Source: Malacoraja senta (Eukaryota). From it: a stretch of 64,000 bases of DNA. Of this stretch, positions 54,816 through 64,000 are shown piece by piece. Under the pieces are notes generated by a model, which was given only the letters and a program-made list of their open reading frames with translations, did no database searches and was not told the DNA's origin. The stretch covers positions 3,226,001 through 3,290,000 of the forward strand of contig CM075994.1 in NCBI GenBank assembly GCA_038087875.1. The letters run 5' to 3'. Position 1 is the stretch's first letter. Each line of letters starts with the position of its first letter. The position numbers and the translations under genes are program-made.

Positions 54816-55952
54816 TGATAACCTTCCCCTCCATATTTACCCTCCTCCCACTCCCTCTCTACTGCCCTCACACTCCATCTCTACCCCCCCCTCTCTACCT
54901 CTCCCTCTCTTCTCCCCTCCCTCTCTATCCCCTCCTATCAACCCCCCCTCCACCTCTATCACCCCTCACTAACTACCACCCCTCCATCTCTACACCCCCC
55001 CTTCCCTCTGTAGCGATTGGTGAATATTGGGACCTGCGACTGAGTGGTGCAATATTGCGTTCGGGGTCCAACTCTCCCCTGACGGGTCCCACTTGGTCTA
55101 TTGCTATTTACAATTTTGGATTAATGTGCGAGTACTACGGGAGTGAACTTCATACTTGACACTAACACTGGATTCCCATGAGTATGCATTGATATATTCA
55201 ATAAATAAATATATGTACAGTTGTCTCACCAGAACATTTCTTACACTGGCAGGTGTTTAACTACTTCTTGTGTTGAGTAACTAAGGCTGTACCACATAAA
55301 GCTTCAGGGAAATCTGAACGTTCATTTATTCAAATTTTTAATATCAATGACGTATGAGCGAATGTTCTAAAGGAAGTCTTCGTTAATTATGTTCACTATA
55401 CAGATACAACGCGTGCGCATTTCTGCATGATCGCCATGCTCAACAGTCAGGAACGACTTGACTTCCTCTCTTTTGCGTTATCTTCCTAATTGTGAAATAG
55501 CGAATCACATAGATTAGCAAACGCAATATCTTTATACGGAGGGAATGATTACGGAGGTGGTGCAATTCCAAGGAGGAAGGTGCAGTACTGGGTTGGTAAA
55601 ACGAAATAAATGATTACATGAAAGGAAGAATATATCAGGAGCGTAGTTCGATGTCGGGAGCAAATTGCATTGAACATACTGTCATTAATTCACTGGGCCA
55701 AGCCTCTTAATTCGGGGTTGGGACATTCCCGTGATACTGACTGTTCCGGCAAACGATAGTCGCCATAATTCAGATTAAGATTGAGATTCACACCCATATC
55801 AGTTAACCGTCATATAAACAAGGTGTAATGAAATTCAGAGTTTGCTCGGAACTCAAAGTGTACCCACTGAATACAGTGAATACACAGTCAATGTCTCGTC
55901 ATTCTATTTCTGCACGAATTACATGGATTGATTTTATTTCATTATCTGTCAG

Positions 55953-55988
55953 TGAGCAGCAAAGTAAAAAAGCGGGACGTCAGCACGG
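55953..55988 (+). CDS. Microexon 36 nt, (x)SSKVKKRDVST
   Basis: tttcattatctgtcag|...acgg|gtgaga. Confidence 0.65.
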
Positions 55989-56308
55989 GTGAGAAAATAT
56001 GCCAGTAACATGTAGTTGTATAGCAGAATCAATGTTGCTATAAAACTGGTCATAATTATCAACAACGTATGACATCCGCTCAATTGAACGTGATGTTTTG
56101 TATTTGTGCAAGGGAAGATAATAGCCAGTGTAAAGACGTGGGATCATGTTGCCTTCGAAAATGTCACCTTTTTACGTCTCTATACATCTCAGAAAAACGA
56201 AAACAAATGTGAAAATCTGGTTTTCACTATTGGACCCAATCTATAATTCAGAAGGAAAGAAAATAGTTTATTTATTCCGGAAGAAACAGAATAACACATT
56301 ATTTCTTA

Positions 56309-56470
56309 TAGACAATAGACAATAGGTGCAGGAGAAGGCCATTCGGCCCTTCAAGCCAGCACCGCCATTCAATGTGATCATGCCTGATCATACACAATCA
56401 GTGCCCCGTTCCTGGCTTCTCCCCATATCCCCTGACTCCGCTCTTTTCAAGATCCCCATCTGGAGCCCTA
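56309..56470 (-). mobile_element. CR1 3' UTR fragment
   Basis: (AGACAAT)n plus ggccattcggcccttc, as in the other copies. Confidence 0.85.
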
Positions 56471-56584
56471 TCTTTCCAACGATTATCTACAAACTTCGCC
56501 TTTAATGCCGTTAAGCGTCAGGGATATTGAGGGATGTAAGCGATTTTAGTTTAAAGATATCGGGTGGGAATTTTTCAACTATCT

Positions 56585-56755
56585 CGTTTAGTTTAGCGCT
56601 ACCACTTCTGTGGAATGTGGGAGGAAACCGGGACACCCTCATTAAACCCACATCGATCACAACAAACGTGCACATTCCGCAAAGACAGCACCAGTAGTCA
56701 GAATCCCAGCCGTGTCTTTGGTGCTGTAAGGCAGCAACGCGACAGCAACGCCACT
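56585..56755 (-). mobile_element. Internally deleted tRNA-SINE
   Basis: tgtgggaggaaaccgg core and SINE head. Confidence 0.7.
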
Positions 56756-57123
56756 CTAGAGCCCCTATTCCACAAGTGATTGAATTTGCAGTTATGTGTT
56801 CTGGATGGAGACAAGTGAATTTTATCTTCATTATATTGATCACAAGAGAATTCAAATGCGGTTTATAGTCTCAGAATATATTCCGTGATGAAAGGAATAT
56901 TCCAAAGAAGTGTGACAAAATAAGTTTCGTGAAGTTTGGGAAGCAACTCCGTTCACTGTCATCCAATAGCCTGTGTGTGTCAAACGAACTTATTGCCGAT
57001 CCATATTCTAGTATTCCGTTCAAGTTTGAAAATGTTTTTAATCCGTCTCCTCCCAACTATCTCATGGGGAAATATCAATGATATTTTTTAGTCGGATAGT
57101 TCAAACATTTTTGGACTGTAAAG

Positions 57124-57141
57124 CTAATCTACAACTGCGAC
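57124..57141 (+). CDS. Candidate microexon 18 nt, (A)NLQLR
   Basis: Strong donor gac|gtgagt, moderate acceptor ctgtaaag. Confidence 0.45.
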
Positions 57142-57720
57142 GTGAGTTCAACTCCACAAGCAATTCACGGAGGCGAACGATGATTTTCATGTGCGCCCAA
57201 TTTGACTAATTATTTCACTTAGCATCCACCAACACAACGGATAAGATTGAACAGCGGTATATTTCGCAAATATCTCCCAATATTTCCAATTTCATTATAA
57301 AATTGTTAGCTTTTAACAGCTGGACAATTCGTCTCTGATTGCTTGCCGATGTGTTAAAAGTGAGTTGTATTGTAAAACATTGTTATTTCACCTTTATATG
57401 ATTTATTTCCATTCATCAAAAAAGTTTATATTATTCGATGATAAAAATATTTCTAACAATACACCACCGATAAATATACTTCCAATAGACAATAGAAAAT
57501 AGGTGCAGAAGTAGGCTATTCGGCCCATCGAGCCAGCACCGCCATTCATGGCTGATCACCACATTCAGTACCCCGTTCCCGCCTTCTCGTAATATCCCAT
57601 GACTCCACGATATTTACGAGCTTTATCTAACTCTCTTTTGAAAGCATCCAGAAAATTGTGCTCCACTGCTTTCTGAGGCAGTGAAGTCCAACGATTCACA
57701 ACCTTCTGTGTGAAAAACTG

Positions 57721-58026
57721 TAGGTACACAAACATTCTGGAGAAACTCAGCGGGTGCAGCAGCATCTATGGAGCGAAGGAAATAGGCAACGTTTAGGGCC
57801 GAAACCCTTCTTCAGACTGATAGGGGGTGGGGGGGGGGTTCATAGAGTTGGAGGGAAGGGGGGATCACAGAGGGGGGGAGGGCAGTTTGAGAGGAGGTTG
57901 TGAAACTAGCTCCGGAGAGAGGAGGATAACTTCTTCAAAGTAGGCATACCTTGAGGAGATTTCGCAGTGGAGTAGACTAAGTGTTTAATAGGAACTGCAG
58001 ATGCTGTAAAATCGAAGGTACACAAA
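57721..58026 (-). mobile_element. ~300-bp Penelope/retrozyme-like monomer with a degenerate hammerhead motif
   Basis: Minus strand CTGAAGAAGGGTTTCGGCCCTAAACGTT; aggtacacaaac directly repeated at both ends. Confidence 0.65.
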
Positions 58027-60469
58027 CTGGTCCTTCCTATCCGTTCTAAATGGCTTACTCGTTACTCTAAAAATGTGGCCCTTGCTTCTGGACTCCCCCA
58101 ACATCGAGAACATATCTTCTGCCTCTTGCTTGTCCAAACGCTGGAGAATATTTTAGGTTTGAATAAGATGCCCTCTCATCCTTCTAAATTCCAGAGTAAA
58201 CTGGCCCAGCCGCTCCATTCAATCGACATCTGATAGTCCTGTCATCCCAGGAATTAACCTTTTGAACCTACAATGCACTCGCTCAATAGCAATAACGTCC
58301 TTCCTCAAATTTGGAGACGAATCTGCACACAATACTCCAGCTGTGGTCTCACTAGGGCCCTGTAAAACAGCAGAAGGACCCCATTGCTCCTACACTCAAC
58401 TCCTCTTGTTATGAAGTCCATGCCATTCGCATTCTTCACAGCCTGCTGTACTTGCATGCTTACTTTCAGTGACTGATGAACAAGGACCCCCAGATCTCGT
58501 TGTACTCTCTGCCTTCCTGATTTTCCACCAAAGTGGGTAACCTCGCATTTATCCATATTAAACTACATCTGCCATGCATCTGCCCACTCACCCAGACTGT
58601 GCAAGTCACCCTGCATCTTTATAGCATCCTCCTCACAGTTCACACTTCCACCCAACTTTGTGTATTTGCTCATTTGCTAATGTTACTTTTTATCCCGTCA
58701 TCTAAATCATGAATGTATATTATAACTAGATGTGTTCCGAGCACCTAGACTTGCGGTACCCCACTAGTCACTGATTGCCATTCTGGAACGGATCCGTTTA
58801 TCCCTACTCTTAGTTTCACGTCTGTGACCAATTTTCTATTAATGTCAGTACCCTATCCCAAAACCATGTCCTCCAATTTTGCCCACAAATCACCCATCTA
58901 AGACCTTTTCAAATATTTTCTGAAAGCCCTGGTACACTACATCCACTGGCTCTCCCTTGTCTATTTTCCTAGTTACATCTTCAAAAATTTCAGAAGATTT
59001 AACGTCGGGAAATCCATGCCGACTTGTACCAATCCTTTTACTGCTATCCAAATGTGCCGCTATTTCGTCTTTTATAATTGACTACAACCTCCCCACCACC
59101 ACCGATGTCAGGCCAACTAGTCTATAGTTCCCTGTTTTATCTCTCCCGTCTTTCTTTAAAAGCGGGATAACATTAGCTACCCTCCAATCGACAGGAACTG
59201 ATCATGAATCTATAGCACATTGGGTAAATGTTCACCAATGCGTCCACGATTTCTAGAACAAACTGATTATGTACCCTAGGGATTTGTGAGTCTTCAGTCC
59301 CATCAGTCTACTCATCACCATTTCCTGCCTAATGTGAATTTCCTTCAGTTTTCCATCACCCCTGATCCTCTGGCCACTAGTACATCAGGGAGATTGTTTG
59401 TGTCTTCCTTACTGAAACGGTTCCAAACTAACTCGTATGCCATTTCCTTGTTTTTCATAATAAATTCACCTGATTCATTCTTCACGGGTCCAACTTTGGT
59501 CTTAACTATATTTTTTCTTCTTAACATAGCTAAAGAAGCATTTACTCTTCTCCTTTATATTATTGGATAGCTTGCCTTCGTGCATCATCTTTTCTCCACA
59601 TATTGCTTTTTTTCCATCCTCTGTTGCTCTTGAAATGTTTCCCAAACCTCTGGCTTCCTGCTCGTCTTTGCTATGTTATACATCTATCCTTTTATTTATA
59701 TACTGTCATTGACTTCCCTTGTCAGCCACGGTCGACCCTGACTACCCTTGGAATCTTTCTTCCTCTTTGGAATGAACGGATCCTGCACCTTCTGTATTAT
59801 TCCCAGAAACACCTGCCACTGTTCTTCCGCTGTTATCCCTGTTGGGGTATCTTTACAGTCAGCTTTGGCCTGCCTCTCGGTCGTGGCTTCATAGTCCCTT
59901 TTGTTCAATTGTAGTACAGACCCTTCCGATTTTCCCTACTCCCACTCAAATTGCAGATTAATTCTTATCATATTATGGTCACTACCCCCAAATGGCTCAT
60001 TTACCTCGAGTGCCCTTATCAAATCCGGATTATTACACAAAACTAAATCCAGAATTGCCTTCTTCCTGTTAGACTCCAGTACAAGCTGCTCTAAGAATCC
60101 GTCAAGGAAGCCTCCACAAACTCCTTTCCTTGGGGTCCAGTACCAACCTAATTTTCTCAGTCTACCTGCATGTTGAAATCTCCCATAACAACCGCAGCGT
60201 TACCTTTCCGGTATGCCAATTTTAAATCTTGATTCAACTTCCACCCTATATCCAGTCTACCGTTTGGGGGCGTGCAGATATCTCCCATTGGGGTATTTTT
60301 ACCCTTACAATTCTTCAGTTATATCCATACTGACTCTGGTTCTCCTGATTCGATATTATCGCTCGCAAGGGAGTGAATTTCATATATCACCAAAAGAGCT
60401 AGCCCCACCCTCTCTGCTCACCTGTATGTCTTTTCGATAGGACGTATACCCTTGAATGTTCAGTTCCCA

Positions 60470-61212
60470 ACGACCAACACCACAGCAGTCATCAAAAGAG
60501 CGCAGCAGCAGCTCCACCCTCTCCGGAGACTAAGAAAAGCAGGTCTCCCTACTGTTCATCCAAGGACCTTCTACAGGGGCACAATCGAGAGTATATTGTC
60601 CTACGGCATCACTTCCTGGTTTGGGAGCTGCAAGGCTTTTGAGCAAAACCAACTTAACAGGATATTGTAGACAGCCAGTAGGATCATTGGTGCCCCACTC
60701 CCTTTCCTGTTGGAGATCTATCAGAAGCGGAGCTGCTGATAGATCTCCAACAGGAAAGGGAGTGGGGCACCAATTAAGGACCATTATTAAGGACCCCTAT
60801 CATCGATCACACCACATATTCTCCATTCTGCCATCTGGGAAGAGGTACAGGAGCATCAGCTGCAAAACCAGCAGGATGCTACACAGCTTCTTCCCACAGG
60901 CAATAAGACTGGTTACCGGACTGTGTTCCCTCCCCATATATCATACACCAACACATCTAACCTCGCCCATATTTTGACAGCTAGGCAACTGTCAAAGCAA
61001 AGCAAAGTTCGGTCTGAATGTCTTATTTCAATTATTAGGCCTATTTTAAATATGGTAATTTTAATTTTTAAAGCTATATGTATTTATTCTGTTTTTAATA
61101 ACTGCACTGACGGGAACTGATTGAGAAACAATTTTTCGTTTCCTCTGTGTATGTAAGTACTCAGTTAAATGATATTAAAGTAAATACTAAATACTGAATA
61201 CTGAATACTGAA
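60470..61212 (+). mobile_element. Rex1/Babar-type LINE 3' fragment nested in CR1
   Basis: KRAQQQLHPLRRL, FYRGTIESIL, LPSGKRYRS, SFFPQAIR; (TACTGAA)n tail. Confidence 0.85.
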
Positions 61213-62137
61213 TGGTCCGCCTGTAGCCATGTTTCTATAATACTCACAACATCATATTGGCCAGTTTATAACTGAGCCTCAAGCTCATCCACTTCATTTC
61301 GTATAGTTCGCGCAATCACTTTATACAACACTTTAACTTCGGTAACACCTCCTCTCTCACATCGGTAACTATTGGCCCTGAATTTACTCTCTTATCCCTT
61401 CTCGAACTTTCCTTCCAATTAATGCCGGAGTCTTTTGTAACTTTTCCTGTACGCACTTCCCCTTTGACTCCATATTTATACTCCCCGCACTATTCATTTT
61501 ATTCCCACCCGTGTAGCACTAGCAGACCTGCCTGGCAGAACGTTGGTCCCCCTCCAGTTAAGGTGTAGCCCGTCCATTTAATACAGGTCACCCCTACCCC
61601 TGAAGATATCCCATTGGTCTATCAATCTAAATCCTTCCTCCCTGCACCATCACTCCAGCCACACATTCGGATCCACTGCATCCCTGTTCCTGTGCTCACT
61701 AGCATGAGGGACTGGAAGCTATCTAGAGATAACCACCCTAGAAGTCCTGCTTTCCAGTCTTCCTCCTAACTCTATAAACTCGCGTTGCCGAACCTCCTTC
61801 CTCATCTTACCGATGTCGATTTTGCCTCTCGAGGATGTCCTGAAGCCGGTTCGTGATATCTTGCACCCTGGATCCAGGGAGGCAACAAACCATCCTCGAG
61901 GCACTTCTACCGCCATAGAATCTCCAGTCCGCACACCGGACAATGGAGTCACCCACCATTATATTTCTGCCCGACGGTTTCACCAGTCGAGTCTCATCCA
62001 AATATGAATTCCGCAGTGTACATTTGAATCATCATACACTCCAACCATATTAGTCCAAAACGTTGTTGGCATTAGTGTATCTTTGAATGGCAGTTCAAGG
62101 GCAACACATAATTAATTTTAATATTTTTATATTTTAG

Positions 62138-62164
62138 AAGTGGATGTTCTCCGAATTGAACTGG
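62138..62164 (+). CDS. Microexon 27 nt, (E/Q)VDVLRIEL
   Basis: tttttatattttag|...ctgg|gtaaat. Confidence 0.72.
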
Positions 62165-62534
62165 GTAAATCAGTCACTTGAACAATCCTTTTAAATGAGG
62201 AGATGAAACGTTCGCAATTCACATTAAATCAATACCTTTTCTATGTATGGCGAAAATCGAAATTATTGAATCTACGTGACTCAACGTACGTCATCGGTGT
62301 GATATATTAAAGTAGAGGCAATTACTCCGTGCTAAATTGACAATAAGTTATGTCACCATTCACTGACATATTGGGATATATTTCCATCGCAATAATTTTA
62401 TGCGGTGTAATGACTTTTGCAATACCAATCAAAATTAAAATTAAAATTGGCCATAATAATAAATATAACAACGACTTATCATTTCCTAATATTGAAATTT
62501 AATGTTTTAATCCATTTATGTTTTGGTTTCTCAG

Positions 62535-62558
62535 TTGACAGATTGAAGGAAATTCGCG
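62535..62558 (+). CDS. Microexon 24 nt, (V)DRLKEIR
   Basis: ttttggtttctcag|...cgcg|gtaatt; paralogous to the 38984 exon. Confidence 0.75.
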
Positions 62559-63044
62559 GTAATTTGCGTGAAATTATCTAAACACGTTCTACGATTATTA
62601 CTCGCCGTTCTTTTCCTTGTCTTCTCCTTTTATCTCCAATTAAAAGTGCTTAAATTATTCTATCCTCTTGAGATTACGAATGGATCAACAAATTATTAAA
62701 TAAATAATTGCATCACCATTACAAAGATTTGGCATAATTTTCAGTACCCTGGTCTTGAATAAAACATAGGAATTTTAGCTGTTAATTATAAATAACGTCG
62801 AGTAACTTGCGCAATGACGGTCAAATGAGTACTGCGGAACAGGGTCGTGCAGTATGTCAAGTCGATTGTTAAGGTTCATGTTTCATTTATTCTTTCCGAT
62901 GTTAACTCCTCAGATTTTTTTGTGTTTTATATCCGATGTTATCTCCTCAGATTCCTTTGTGTTTTATATCCGTATTGTCCTTCTCGTGGGATCACATGCT
63001 ATTTATATAATTTTCATGTCTGCAATTTTTCATCGACTGCACAG

Positions 63045-63086
63045 CTGGCTCTTTCAGCATATACCTATCAAACATAAGTAGCCCTG
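63045..63086 (+). CDS. Candidate exon 42 nt, (A)GSFSIYLSNISSP
   Basis: tttttcatcgactgcacag|...cctg|gtaatc; phase 1-1 open. Confidence 0.4.
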
Positions 63087-63167
63087 GTAATCAGCGTTTG
63101 CGACTGTTTATCTTGGAAAATGGTTACACACTTAGTCCCTGGCGTACCGATGACAAGTGTGCATCAC

Positions 63168-64000
63168 ATAGATACATAGAAAATAGGTGCAGGAGTAGGC
63201 CATTCGACCCTTCGAGCCTGCACCGCCATTCAATATGATCATGGCTGATCATCCAACTCAGTATCCCGTACCTGCCTTCTCTCCATACCCTCTGATCCCC
63301 TTAGTCACAAGGGCCACATCTAACTCCCTCTTAAATATAGCCAATGAACTGGCCTCAACTACCCTCTGTGGCAGAGAGTTCCAGAGATTCACCACTCTCT
63401 GTGTGAAAAAGTTTTTCCTCATCTCGGTCTTAAAGGATTTCCCCCTTATCCTTAAGCTGTGACCCCTTGCCCTGGACTTCCCCAACATCGGGAACAATCT
63501 TCCTGCATCTAGCCTGTCCAACCCCATAAGAAATGTGTACGTTTCTATAAGATCCCCTCTCAATCTCCTAAATTCTAGCGAGTATAAGCCAAGTCTATCC
63601 AGTCTTTCTTCATATGAAACTCCTGACATCCCAGGAATCAGTCTGGTGAACCTTCTCTGCACTCCCTCTATGGCTATAATGTCATTCCTCAGATTTGGAG
63701 ACCAAAACTGTACGCAACACTCCAGGTGTGGTCTCACCAAGACCCTGTACAACTACAGTAGAAACTCCCTGCTCCTATACTCAAATCCTCTTGCTATGAA
63801 AGCCAACATACCATTCGCTTTCTTCACTGCCTGCTGCACCTGCATGCCTACTTTCAATGACTGGTGTACCATGACACCCAGGTCTCCTTGCATCTCCCCA
63901 TTTGCTAACCGGCCACCATTTAGATAATAGTCTGCCTTCCCGTTTTTGCCACCAAAGTGGATAACCTCACATTTATCCACATTATACTGCATCTGCCAAA
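63168..64000 (-). mobile_element. Young CR1 3' end, runs off the window
   Basis: CR1 ORF2 C-terminus (RPHLECCVQFWSP...); same subfamily as 30398-31040. Confidence 0.95.

Larger units (their letters stand above)
57484..61990 (-). mobile_element. Long decayed CR1 (ORF1 esterase-like remnant, ORF2, 3' UTR) with two nested insertions
   Basis: VGDSIVR...CCLPGSRVQDI, QPWLTREV, RPQLEYCVQ; AGACAAT tail. Confidence 0.9.

Noticed and set aside
57223..57359. AG..GT segments of 34 nt and 40 nt
   Set aside because: Not multiples of 3; the second has a stop in phase 1.
62882..62962. Short ~38-bp tandem duplication
   Set aside because: Real but looks like ordinary slippage; no functional signal.

Overview
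Eukaryotic, repeat-dense vertebrate DNA. It is most likely from a cartilaginous fish (skate, ray or shark), inferred from HE1-type tRNA SINEs and abundant CR1 LINEs. There are no prokaryotic features and no CRISPR. Most of the window is decayed mobile DNA: CR1, Rex1/Babar, L2, L1-clade and RTE LINEs, a structurally complete DIRS1-like element, non-autonomous Helitrons with internal minisatellites, PIF/Harbinger-like MITEs and Penelope-type elements with degenerate hammerhead motifs. A 200-N gap sits at 17356-17555. The main result is invisible in the ORF track. The unique AT-rich stretches between repeats carry about 25 candidate + strand exons: one of 120 nt, the rest 18-42 nt and mostly 27 or 36 nt. 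All are multiples of 3 and all are phase 1-1. Joined in order they give an open coiled-coil protein (MAAPSDQYISKEAEDGDQNNVVEQHVREEEINFKSINTKDLVNRLKYAEAVLIDKEKELRSLKQTLQVTQESLKQRDEELLALRKSASEYEQQLLAKDSEFNTVQLNLQAKENALSTKNAELEKVKDNLQTSEVLLKMKIKELVECQHDS...) with Leu at 13 of 15 consecutive heptad positions. I do not recognise the gene. Two 36-nt exons lack a canonical donor. Exon calls were made by eye and need RNA evidence; repeat boundaries are approximate.
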